A stretch of DNA of 64,000 bases, from the NCBI GenBank assembly GCA_045606805.1, contig JAZUSP010000047.1, forward strand, positions 5,087-69,086, in the 5' to 3' direction. A program made the translations under genes and the position numbers. A model generated the notes under the pieces. The model saw only the letters and a list, made by a program, of their open reading frames with translations, ran no database searches and was not told the origin of the DNA. How positions within the stretch are numbered: position 1 is the first letter of the stretch; the number at the start of each line of letters is the position of its first letter. The DNA is from Elusimicrobiaceae bacterium (GTDB lineage: Bacteria > Elusimicrobiota > Elusimicrobia > Elusimicrobiales > Elusimicrobiaceae). This document shows, piece by piece, positions 47,983 through 57,088 of this stretch.

Positions 47983-49770
47983 TTATTTATAAAACGCCGC
48001 AAACGATTCTAGTGCTTTTTTGATTTGGCCCGGGTCTGCTCCCGCCGACGGTTTAAACTGGGCATCATAATTTTCAATGCCGCCGTATTCGTCTAGCACG
48101 GTGAGCTGTTCCCCGGTGCGGATGGCTTTTTTGGTATAGCTGGAAAGGAGCGTAAACGGCCGCGGTGCGGGGTCAAATAAGTGTTGGCCCAGCGCATAAT
48201 CTTGCACCGGGTTTTGGCAACCCAGTACGTCTTGCATGAGCATTGGCACTACGTCGTAATGGGACGTGCGGTAATCCATACGTTGGCCCGGGCGGGACGA
48301 ATCCCACACCAAGAGAGGCACATGGGTTTGATAGTCGGCAAAGTTGCTGTTATGCCCCCAAAAGTTGTGGCGCGTGTCGTTGATTTCTTGCCCGTGGTCG
48401 CCCGTGATAATCACGACCGTGTTATCCAATAAATGTTGCTTTTGCAGGTCCGTTAAAATGCGCCCAAGCATGCGGTCTGTAAAGTGCAACGAATTTTTGT
48501 ACTGGTTCATATACGGCGTAGGGTCCGTGTTTTTATGCAGGAGTAAATAATTCATTTCCTCGGCCGGGGTAAAAATTTTGTCCTCGGGCGGATAGCTGTT
48601 TCCGTGCGGCGCGTCCAAGAAAATAAACCCAAAAAACGGCTTGTCTTTGGCGCGGGTTTGCAAAAACTTTTCAAAATCTTCCACCGCGTTTATATCGCGT
48701 TGCCATTTGGTTTCGCCTTGGGATTCCAAGCGTAAATCCGGCACAGTGGCAAAAATGTTTTGGTGAAACGTTGGGCTGTTTAATTTGCCGCTGGAATAAA
48801 TGGCCGGTGTGTATCCCGTTTCCAGCGCGCGCGACACGAGCACCGGCGACAGTTGGCGGCTGGTCACGTCATTCCAATATGCGTGCGGCAACGAATAAAA
48901 TAGCGAAAATACTCCCGCTTCCGTGGCGTTACCGCCGGAGAGGTGAGCGGTAAAATAGCTCATATTTTTTTGGTTGGCCCACGCGCTAAGCCGGGGCATC
49001 ACGGACGCATTAAAGCTGTCGGCCCGCCACGATTCCACCAGGATAATGAGCACATTTTTAGGCGTTGAGGGCGGCGTGCAAATAAGCGGGGTTTTAGGGT
49101 AGTCCAGGGTTCCGGTGGAGGCCGTTTCATAGAGGTTACGTTTGGGCTCAAAACCCATTTTGCGCAGGCGGCTGTTTAAGGAAACCGGGCTGGCAAACGG
49201 CAGTATTCCACGTTGGGACACAACAGCTGTTACCATGTTAAATTTCCCCCACGCATACAGTCCGTTGTACGTCAAAAAAATAAGCACCCACACGGCTAAA
49301 CATACTCCGATAATTTTAGGGCGAAAGACAACACGTTTAGCCAGTAATGTAAGACCAAATTCGGCGGCAAAAATAAGGGCAATCCCTGCCCACACCAGCG
49401 CCCACATTCCCGTGGAAAAGGCAAAAATTTCACGCCCGGCCGGGCCGAAAAAGAGTGCTAACATGGCCGGGCTGATGTGAAAACGGTATTGGGAATAGAC
49501 GATTAAATCTAAGACGAAAAATAAGCTAAAAAGCCCCCCCCAGCCTACGCACGCGGCTTGCAGGGCACGCGGCCCGATAAGCCGTCCCGGCGCACATAAC
49601 AGCCCGCACGCCCATGCAAATAAAAAAATATGCCCTAGCAGAAAGGTAACGGTAAACGTAATCCCCAACGGGCCGGGCACAAAGCCGTTTGTGTAAAAAT
49701 AACCCAGCGCGCCCAAACACCACAAAAGGCCGTTAAGCACAATAAAAGTAAAAAGTTGCCGCAGCTGCAT
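47983..49770 (-). CDS. YejM/PbgA-like membrane sulfatase-fold protein
   Basis: 5 N-terminal TM helices, then ILVESWRAD, SGGNATEAGVFSLFY and TGDHGQEIND motifs. Confidence 0.85.
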   Translation of the reverse strand: MQLRQLFTFIVLNGLLWCLGALGYFYTNGFVPGPLGITFTVTFLLGHIFLFAWACGLLCAPGRLIGPRALQAACVGWGGLFSLFFVLDLIVYSQYRFHISPAMLALFFGPAGREIFAFSTGMWALVWAGIALIFAAEFGLTLLAKRVVFRPKIIGVCLAVWVLIFLTYNGLYAWGKFNMVTAVVSQRGILPFASPVSLNSRLRKMGFEPKRNLYETASTGTLDYPKTPLICTPPSTPKNVLIILVESWRADSFNASVMPRLSAWANQKNMSYFTAHLSGGNATEAGVFSLFYSLPHAYWNDVTSRQLSPVLVSRALETGYTPAIYSSGKLNSPTFHQNIFATVPDLRLESQGETKWQRDINAVEDFEKFLQTRAKDKPFFGFIFLDAPHGNSYPPEDKIFTPAEEMNYLLLHKNTDPTPYMNQYKNSLHFTDRMLGRILTDLQKQHLLDNTVVIITGDHGQEINDTRHNFWGHNSNFADYQTHVPLLVWDSSRPGQRMDYRTSHYDVVPMLMQDVLGCQNPVQDYALGQHLFDPAPRPFTLLSSYTKKAIRTGEQLTVLDEYGGIENYDAQFKPSAGADPGQIKKALESFAAFYK

Positions 49771-49928
49771 ACGTATATTATAGCTTTTTGGACTGCACAA
49801 AAGAAAAACCCCTTATGCCCTTTGTAGGTCAAGCATTGCCTGACAAGGCCCTGTAAGGGCTTCTATGCAAAAAGATACAAAAACCCCCAGCTTAGCCGGG
49901 GGTTTTAGAGAATGATAAAAATGACTTA

Positions 49929-51716
49929 CTATTTATCAGCCATGCTGCGCAGGCGCGGTTGCACCGTGGGCATATCTTGGATAATGCCGCTGGCTTTCTT
50001 TTGCACCGTCTCCGTTTGTTGTTTGGCGGTATTTTTTGTGCGGACCGTGGTTTGATTCGCTTGGGTTAATTTTTTTTCTTGGGCGGCTTTGGCGGACTTT
50101 TCCCAAGCTTGTTTTTCAGCGGCTACTTGATTGCGCAAGGCTTGGGCATTGGCAGCCGCTTGTTGCTGGGCCTCGCTCATTTCTTCTTGCAAGACCGTAG
50201 GGGCTAGTTCCAGTTCTTGGACAGTTTGGCTGGACTTGGTTTGCAGCTCGTTTATAAACTCTTGCGCGTCGGCCTTGTGTTGGGCGCGCAGTTGTTCCAC
50301 CCGGGCTTCATCTTGCACTAGCTGAGCTTCCAACTCACGTACATGGGCTAAGCTGGCAGCCTCTTGTTGGAGTGCCTTTTGATAAGCCCGGTCCGTTTGC
50401 CCCGCAATTTTTTGTGTGGTGGTGGACTCGGGCATATATTGTTGGGCAACGGCTAACGTGTTGGCGCGTACGGTATCGGCCCCTTGTTCAATAAGGTAAT
50501 TGGCTACCACTTCATTTTTTAAAGCAAGCGCGGTGTTTAGCGCCGTGTTGCCGGTGTTATCGGTAGCATTGATGTTGGCACCTCTGCGTAAGAGTTGGGC
50601 CGTTACGTTGGCCGTCGGCGCATAAGCGGTGTAAATAAGGGCGGTCCTGCCTTGAGCGTCTTTTTGTTCAAGGTTGATGTCCGGCAGACGCGTTAAAGCG
50701 GCGGCACAATCGTCATTGCCTTTGGCGGCGGCACGCATGAGCGGGGTTACGCCGTTTAAATCTTGCACATTCGGGTTTGCTCCGACGGAAATTAACGCAC
50801 GTGCAGCACCCGCTTGATCCGTTTCAACGGCATAAGCCAGCGGAGCACGGCCTTGTGCGTCAGGCAAATTGACATCGGCTTTGTAGCGGGCGAGCGAGCG
50901 GATTATGTCGCTATGTCCTTCGGCCGCGGCTACAGATAGGGCACTGATGCCTGTGTCGGGGTTGCGGTAATTGGGGTTAGCGTCATGGGCCAGCAAGGCT
51001 TTGACGTTACGGCCATTCCCTTTTTGGGCCGCGTAAATTAGCGGTGTGTTGCCGACGGCATCAGGGATATTGACGGCTGCCGGGCTGGCCTTGGCAAGTG
51101 CGGTAATCAGTTTTTCGTTATCAAAATTAGCGGCATATAAGAGCGGGGTTTTACCCGTGTCATCTTTAACGGAAGCATTGGCGCCGCGGGTTAAAAGGTA
51201 TTCCACAATATCCGCATGGCCTTGCGAGCAAGCCGCCACTAACGGCGTTACCCCGTACGGGGACGAAGCGTTGACGTCAGCTTTTGCTTCTACTAGGTAT
51301 TTGACAATGGTTAAATTGCCTTTTTCGGCAGCCAGCGTAAGAGGCGTAATGTTGGCATAGTTACGCTCATTGACATCTACGTTGGCATAGATGAGCGTAC
51401 GTACGCGATCATCATCCCCCAGTTTAATGGCGCGGATGAGTGATGTGTCATACACATATTTTGTTTTTACCGGGGGGCGTTCGCCCAAAATAGTGCCCGC
51501 GTAGGTTTGTTGTTCCGCGCCGAACACTTTGCCACGGTAAATACCGTCGTCGTTTTGTCGTTGTTGTTCGGCGGCCTGGGCGGCTAAACGGGCTCTACGC
51601 GCGTTACGTTCGGCCAAGGATTCGCTCTCTTCGGCGGAACTAGAATAGTTGTACTGCTGGGCCGCTAGCGGCACCGCTACAACGCTCAAAGCTAGTAGTA
51701 AAGAAGTTTTTTTCAT
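49929..51716 (-). CDS. Secreted ankyrin-repeat protein with C-terminal coiled-coil
   Basis: Signal peptide; about 10 TPL..AA..G ankyrin units. Confidence 0.92.
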   Translation of the reverse strand: MKKTSLLLALSVVAVPLAAQQYNYSSSAEESESLAERNARRARLAAQAAEQQRQNDDGIYRGKVFGAEQQTYAGTILGERPPVKTKYVYDTSLIRAIKLGDDDRVRTLIYANVDVNERNYANITPLTLAAEKGNLTIVKYLVEAKADVNASSPYGVTPLVAACSQGHADIVEYLLTRGANASVKDDTGKTPLLYAANFDNEKLITALAKASPAAVNIPDAVGNTPLIYAAQKGNGRNVKALLAHDANPNYRNPDTGISALSVAAAEGHSDIIRSLARYKADVNLPDAQGRAPLAYAVETDQAGAARALISVGANPNVQDLNGVTPLMRAAAKGNDDCAAALTRLPDINLEQKDAQGRTALIYTAYAPTANVTAQLLRRGANINATDNTGNTALNTALALKNEVVANYLIEQGADTVRANTLAVAQQYMPESTTTQKIAGQTDRAYQKALQQEAASLAHVRELEAQLVQDEARVEQLRAQHKADAQEFINELQTKSSQTVQELELAPTVLQEEMSEAQQQAAANAQALRNQVAAEKQAWEKSAKAAQEKKLTQANQTTVRTKNTAKQQTETVQKKASGIIQDMPTVQPRLRSMADK

Positions 51717-51830
51717 TCTTATCATCCTCCAAGATACATTATAGCATAACTGGAAAAAAAGGGAAGCGAAAAATAACTATAAAAAACGCCCCAACAGGGG
51801 CGTAAATTTAGAAACTGCCGGTTGCGTAGG

Positions 51831-52001
51831 TTATAACGAAATAGCGCTGACCGGACAGGTGCCGGCACAAGAGCCACACTCAATGCATTTGGCGGCGTCA
51901 ATGTTTCTTTTGCCATTCACTTCGCTAATGGCACCTACCGGGCAGGAAGATTCACAAGCACCACAGTTGATGCAAACTTCGGGGTTTACTTTATAAGCCA
52001 T
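51831..52001 (-). CDS. 2[4Fe-4S] ferredoxin (56 aa; below the ORF-track length cutoff)
   Basis: Hand translation MAYKVNPEVCINCGACESSCPVGAI..CIECGSCAGTCPVSAISL shows two CxxCxxCxxxCP motifs; AGGAG RBS. Confidence 0.96.
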   Translation of the reverse strand: MAYKVNPEVCINCGACESSCPVGAISEVNGKRNIDAAKCIECGSCAGTCPVSAISL

Positions 52002-52115
52002 AATTTTCTCCTATATTTAGATTTCCTACTTATATTATACTAAAAAAAGCGAGTTTGCAAATTCTCAGGCGGTACTCCCCCCTTGTATGAGGAATACTCA
52101 ATGTGATACAATATA

Positions 52116-52135
52116 AAGTGAGGAAAACCTAACTT
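52116..52135 (+). promoter_or_regulatory. Palindromic operator (DtxR/IdeR-like) between the -10 box and the feoAB start
   Basis: AAGTGAGG-AAAA-CCTAACTT downstream of TGATACAAT. Confidence 0.5.
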
Positions 52136-52137
52136 TT

Positions 52138-54081
52138 ATGGAATCACAAACACTTCGCTCACTTTATGAGATTAAAGCCGGTAACACGGCTCAAATTACC
52201 GATATTCAAACCTCGGCCAAAATGGCCCAAAAATTAGCCGCCATGGGCATTGCCCGCGGCCAGTTTATCAAACGTAAAAAAGGCTCTTCCCCTGTGGTGG
52301 TGGAAGTATCCGGCACCGAGGTTGCCATCGGGCGTGAAACTGCCAAAAAGATTTTGGTTACCGCTAAAAAAAATACATTTTTGTTGGCGGGTAACCCTAA
52401 CGTGGGGAAAAGTTTAATTTTCTCGCGCCTTACGGGCATTGGAATTATTTCGTCCAACTTCCCGGGCACAACGGTGGGGCTTAATTACGGCACTACGCAA
52501 TTTAAAGGCGAAACGTACGATATTATTGATATTCCCGGCCTCTACCGCCTAGAAGAAGAATGGCTCATAGAAGGCAAAAAGCGCAATTTATTTAAAGAGC
52601 TGACGTATGATTTTATCGTGTGTGTGGCGGATGCGTCGCACTTGGAGCGCAATTTGTTTTTTGTGCTGGAAATTTTGCAACTGCAAAAGCCGCTTATTTT
52701 GATGCTCAATAAATTTGACGAGGCGCAGCGCAAAGGCATCACAATTGACGTCAAAAAGCTTTCCAAACTCTTGGGCATCCCCGTGATTGCCACCGTAGCC
52801 ACGACGGGTGAGGGCCTTAAAGAATTGGAACGCGAGGCTATGAAGCTGATTAATGACCCTGTGCAAACACCGTCCATTGCCATCCCCCCCACCGCCGAAG
52901 AAAAATGGCAAACCATTGGGCGGATTATTCATGAGGTGCAACAAGTCAAGCACAAACACCCGTCGTTTTGGGAACACTTACAGGGGTGGGCCACGGCGCC
53001 GGTGACCGGGCTGCCGATAGCGTTACTCACGCTGATTGTGTCGTTTTTCCTCGTGCGGTTTGTGGGAGAGAGTTTGATTGATTTGCTAGACCCGCTGTAC
53101 GAAAATTATTATTTTCCATTTTTGGAAAAACTGTTGGCCCCCATTAAAGATAATATGTTGGGGCTACTTTTGCTCGGCGACGGCGGCGATAATTATTTTG
53201 GCGTGCTGACCGACGGGCTACATATTGCCTTAGTGGACGTGATGCCTTACGTGTTTGCGTTTTATGCGTTACTCGGCTTTTTGGGCGAGCTGGGGTATCT
53301 GCCGCGCTTGGCGGTGCTGTTGGACGGCATTTTGCATAAAATCGGTTTGCACGGGTATGGGTCTTTGCCTATTATGCTTGGCTTTGGGTGCAAAGTGCCC
53401 GCCGTGATGGGCGTGCGCGTGCTGGAAACGCGGCGCGAGCGCGTGATTGCGCTGGCGCTTATTTTGGTGCTGGCACCGTGCATTTCGCAAACGGCCATGA
53501 TTATTTCTATTTTATCGCCGTACGGCGTGAAATATATGCTCATGGTATTTGGGGCACTCGTTATAAACGGGATTATTATCGGCACCTTATTAAACCGCTT
53601 GATGAAAGGCGAAACACCCGAGCTGTTTATGGAAATTCCGTCGTGGCAGATCCCGCAACTCCGCCCCTTGGCGCGCAAAATTTGGATCCGCATGAAAGAA
53701 TATTTTGCCGACGCGCTGCCGCTTATTTTAGCCGGGATTGTGTTTGTGGACATCATGCAACTGGCCGGTATTACGGGGTGGCTCACGAAAATTTTACGTG
53801 CGCCGATGGAGTGGGCCTTAGGTTTGCCCGCTGACGTTACCCCGCTGTTGCTCCTCGGGTTTTTGCGCAAAGATGTATCTATTGCTTTGTTAGAGCCGTT
53901 TAATTTAACCCCGCAAGCACTGGTGGTGGCGTGTGTGTTTATGAGTATGTACATGCCGTGCATCGCCACGTTTTTTGTGATGCTGCGCGAGAGCGGCTGG
54001 AAAGATACGTTGCGTGTGGTGGCGCTGACGCTGGTGTTTTCCACGGCGACGGCTATGCTACTGCGGGTGGTGCTGGGGTAA
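52138..54081 (+). CDS. feoB: FeoA-FeoB fusion ferrous iron transporter
   Basis: N-terminal FeoA-like SH3 domain (KLAAMGI..IAIGRETAKKI), GNPNVGKS, NFPGTTV, DIPG, NKFD and gate motif GFGCKVPA. Confidence 0.93.
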   Translation: MESQTLRSLYEIKAGNTAQITDIQTSAKMAQKLAAMGIARGQFIKRKKGSSPVVVEVSGTEVAIGRETAKKILVTAKKNTFLLAGNPNVGKSLIFSRLTGIGIISSNFPGTTVGLNYGTTQFKGETYDIIDIPGLYRLEEEWLIEGKKRNLFKELTYDFIVCVADASHLERNLFFVLEILQLQKPLILMLNKFDEAQRKGITIDVKKLSKLLGIPVIATVATTGEGLKELEREAMKLINDPVQTPSIAIPPTAEEKWQTIGRIIHEVQQVKHKHPSFWEHLQGWATAPVTGLPIALLTLIVSFFLVRFVGESLIDLLDPLYENYYFPFLEKLLAPIKDNMLGLLLLGDGGDNYFGVLTDGLHIALVDVMPYVFAFYALLGFLGELGYLPRLAVLLDGILHKIGLHGYGSLPIMLGFGCKVPAVMGVRVLETRRERVIALALILVLAPCISQTAMIISILSPYGVKYMLMVFGALVINGIIIGTLLNRLMKGETPELFMEIPSWQIPQLRPLARKIWIRMKEYFADALPLILAGIVFVDIMQLAGITGWLTKILRAPMEWALGLPADVTPLLLLGFLRKDVSIALLEPFNLTPQALVVACVFMSMYMPCIATFFVMLRESGWKDTLRVVALTLVFSTATAMLLRVVLG

Positions 54082-54091
54082 AAATAAACTT

Positions 54092-54709
54092 TTATTGTTC
54101 GCTATAACTAGAGGGCATATCGTAGTATGTCCAACCGTTTGGATTCTCTTTTGGATTTCCATCACTTAATGTGGCGCAGACTTTATTTTCTAAGTATTTT
54201 GTTGTTATTGCTTGGCATAGGTAGCGATTTGTTAAAGGATAAAAACTTAAGCGAAGAGATGAATTTAGCGTATAACTTATTTTTTTAAAATCTTCTTCAA
54301 ATATGTATTTATCTTTATTCGGGATATCAATATCAAGTCCTTCCCAAGAATATATATATTCTCCATTGGCTAGGTAATAGGATTGTTGTGCTTTGCGCCA
54401 AGCGTCCAAACCGACTAGCCCTTCCATGGCGCGGGATTTTAGAACTGCCACTTGATATTGCGGTACGGCCACGGCGGTTAAAATACCAATAATAAGCACG
54501 ACGACTAAAAGCTCGATGAGGGTAAAGCCCTTTCTTCCTCCCTTGCGGAGGAAGTGGTCCGCAGGACCGATGGAGGGGCTCATTAAGGAGAATGCCTTAT
54601 AGGCCCCCCTTTTTGTCGCTACCGCGACCCCCGACAAAAGCCCTCGGGGGCAGGCTCTTTCCCCGCAAGGGGGACAAGAAACGACATTTACATTTTTGTT
54701 GTTTTTCAT
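54092..54709 (-). CDS. Type IV pilin-like protein 9 with repeat-derived leader
   Basis: G|[24 protein letters not shown] after a 61-aa leader. Confidence 0.92.
   Translation of the reverse strand: MKNNKNVNVVSCPPCGERACPRGLLSGVAVATKRGAYKAFSLMSPSIGPADHFLRKGGRKGFTLIELLVVVLIIGILTAVAVPQYQVAVLKSRAMEGLVGLDAWRKAQQSYYLANGEYIYSWEGLDIDIPNKDKYIFEEDFKKISYTLNSSLRLSFYPLTNRYLCQAITTKYLENKVCATLSDGNPKENPNGWTYYDMPSSYSEQ
54534..54680. repeat. CCCC(T/G)CAAGGGG-type palindromic element in the pilin 9 leader peptide
   Basis: TTCCTCCCTTGCGGAGGAAG, GGTCCGCAGGACC and CCCCGCAAGGGG hairpins; related to 33311-33359. Confidence 0.72.
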
Positions 54710-54990
54710 AAATCTTTCTCCTTATTTTTATTTCTTCAATTTGTCTGTTTATGAAACCCAACAAAAACGGCTATTAAGCTCAAGCCTACATACTGACCCA
54801 AAAATAACAGCCGTGGTTTTTTGCGTGTGCAAAAAACACTCGGCACAAAACGAACGGGTAATTAGTCCGTTCATCTTGTACCTAAAAACGACTATTTTTG
54901 GCGTATGTATGGCCGGGATTGCTCCCGGCGATCCGTTTCTTAAACGGTTCCAAAAACAGGATAAAATTGTACCTATAGTATAATAAAAAA
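54710..54990 (-). ncRNA. Conserved structured 5' leader of pilin cassette, copy L9
   Basis: TATACT -10; 5' block; stems UACAUAC/GUAUGUA, AAUAGUCGU/ACGGCUGUU, GGUACAA/UUGUGCC, GAGUGUUU, UAGCCGUUUU. Confidence 0.8.
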
Positions 54991-55014
54991 AGACTGGGTT
55001 ATCCAGTCTTTTTT
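54983..55014 (-). terminator. Terminator hairpin upstream of the pilin 9 promoter
   Basis: AAAAAAAGACTGG-GTTAT-CCAGTCTTTTTTT. Confidence 0.78.
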
Positions 55015-55083
55015 TATGCATTGCAAGGAAAAATTATTTAGCAAACCCATTTTTCAAATTTGAGTTTAGTTTGCAGGGAAAAG

Positions 55084-55142
55084 TTGGGCCGTAGCGTACG
55101 TCCGCCGGACCGCGCGTAGCGCGGCAAGTACGTAAGGCCCAA
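55084..55142. repeat. Short member of the GTAC-core palindrome family
   Basis: TTGGGCC..GTACGTCCGCCGGACCGCGCGTAGCGCGGCAAGTACGT..GGCCCAA; matches the reverse complement of 33801-33840. Confidence 0.75.
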
Positions 55143-55194
55143 GTCACTGCAAAATAAACCAAATTTGGAAAAACATATCATTTGCAAGGTATAA

Positions 55195-56430
55195 TTATTT
55201 TACGGCATCTATGGCAATGCTTTCTAAAACGTGCAGCACTTTTTCGGCCCAGTTTAAACTGCACCACTCATACGGGCCGTGCGGGTTTTCGTACCCGGCA
55301 AAAATATTCGGGGTGGGTAAGCCCTTAAACGACATTTGCGAGCCGTCCGTTCCCCCCCGCGCTTGCGTGAGGCGGTAAGGTACGTTGTTTTCTTTAAGGG
55401 CTTTTTCCAATAACTCCATGGCTTGCGGGCGCGCTTTTAAAATCTCTCGCATGTTGCGATACTGCTCTTTAAATTCCAGCTCAATTTTGGCCGCTGGATA
55501 CTTGGCGCGTTTATCGTCTAAGAGTTTAAGTAAATTTTGTTTGAATTTGGAAAATTTCGTCAGGTCATGCTCGCGCACGATACCTTGCACTTCGGCTCTT
55601 TCCAGGCCGCCCGTAATATCTTTAAATAAGATAAATCCGTCCTCTTTATCAGTCGTTTCGGGCAGTTTATCTTCGGGCCAGGACGAAATGATATCGGCCG
55701 CAATGCGCACGGGGTTGGCCATAAATCCCTTGGCCGAGCCGGGGTGGCAGGATTTTCCTTCAATGCGAAGGACAAAACTGTCTGCATTAAAGTTGCCGCA
55801 ATCAATATCGCCCAAGTTGGCACCGTCAATGGTGTAGGCAAAATCCGCGGCAAACTTTTTGACGTCAAAATACGTAATGCCCGTGCCGGTTTCTTCGTCA
55901 ATTGTGAATGATACTTTGAGGGGGCCGTGCTGGATTTCGGGGTGTTTTAACAAGTGCTCGGCCAAGGTCATAATAATAGCAATGCCCAGCTTATCGTCGG
56001 CGCCTAAGAGTGTATTGCCGTCGGCCGTCACAATGTTATCCCCCACGCACTTAGCCAGGCGCGGGGCGTTTTGCTCGGTGAGCATCATATTTTTTTCTTG
56101 GCTGATAACCAGCGGGCCGCCGGCGTAATTTTCGTGCAGGACGGGGCGGATGTCGTGGCCGTTGTAGTCGCTTACCGTGTCCATGTGGGCAAACAGGCCG
56201 ATAACGGGGGCCTTTTTATCCGTCGTGGCCGGGATGAGGCCGGTGACAAAGCCGTATTCGTCAACTTCTACATCTTTGATACCGATTTTTTTCATCTCGG
56301 CCGCCATTTGATGGGCAAAGGAAATTTGGGAATCCGTCGTAGGAGTGACGGTACCGGCCGGGTCGCTGGTGGTATCAAACGCGACGTAGCGGCAAAGACG
56401 GTTATAAATTTTTTGCTGTAATTCGTTCAT
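55195..56430 (-). CDS. pepT: Peptidase T (M20B tripeptidase)
   Basis: AHMDT, LLGADDK, FTIDEETG, FAYTIDG, RGGTDG and PHGPYEW motifs. Confidence 0.96.
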   Translation of the reverse strand: MNELQQKIYNRLCRYVAFDTTSDPAGTVTPTTDSQISFAHQMAAEMKKIGIKDVEVDEYGFVTGLIPATTDKKAPVIGLFAHMDTVSDYNGHDIRPVLHENYAGGPLVISQEKNMMLTEQNAPRLAKCVGDNIVTADGNTLLGADDKLGIAIIMTLAEHLLKHPEIQHGPLKVSFTIDEETGTGITYFDVKKFAADFAYTIDGANLGDIDCGNFNADSFVLRIEGKSCHPGSAKGFMANPVRIAADIISSWPEDKLPETTDKEDGFILFKDITGGLERAEVQGIVREHDLTKFSKFKQNLLKLLDDKRAKYPAAKIELEFKEQYRNMREILKARPQAMELLEKALKENNVPYRLTQARGGTDGSQMSFKGLPTPNIFAGYENPHGPYEWCSLNWAEKVLHVLESIAIDAVK

Positions 56431-56494
56431 AAAAATCCCCCTAAAAATCTATTTTTATTATACAATTTATATATCTTACTCTTGGAGGGTTTTT

Positions 56495-56959
56495 ATGAAG
56501 AAAATACTGGTTTTGTTCACGTGCTTGGGCCTATTGGCCGGGTGCGCCACCGTTAAGCAAGCGGCTAACTTAAAAAATTGTACCTATGCTCTTAAAAGTG
56601 TGGAACTAAGCGATATGACGTTAAATGCGTTTAATTTTACGCTTACCATTGCCATCACCAACCCCAATAAAACTGAGCCGGCTAAATTAAAAAGGTTTGT
56701 GGGTGTGTTGGAAGCAAACGATACAAAAATTGCCGACGTGACACTTAAAGATATTGAAATTGCCCCCGGCGCTACGTATAACGCCAAAGCCAAAATCAAC
56801 GTGCCGACGGCCGCTTTGGGTAGCCAATTACTGGGGCTTTTGGCCATGGGCAGCGGTACCGTGGATTATCACTTGACCGGAACGATGTATTTTGAAGGGC
56901 CGATGGGTGTGGAAATCCCCCTCCCGGTGGACATGGGAAGATTGGGCAGCTACAATTAA
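56495..56959 (+). CDS. LEA type 2 (WHy-domain) lipoprotein
   Basis: Lipobox LAGC; ITNPN motif; beta-rich. Confidence 0.75.
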   Translation: MKKILVLFTCLGLLAGCATVKQAANLKNCTYALKSVELSDMTLNAFNFTLTIAITNPNKTEPAKLKRFVGVLEANDTKIADVTLKDIEIAPGATYNAKAKINVPTAALGSQLLGLLAMGSGTVDYHLTGTMYFEGPMGVEIPLPVDMGRLGSYN

Positions 56960-57088
56960 AACCGGTTCATATTGAATGAAAAACCCCCGGCTTGGCCCGG
57001 GGGTTTTTAGTCCCCTGTGTTGTGGTCCTTTGGGATCCACTTAAAAAGACCCCCGCTAGTTGCGGGGGTTTTACGGTAATAGTTTAGA

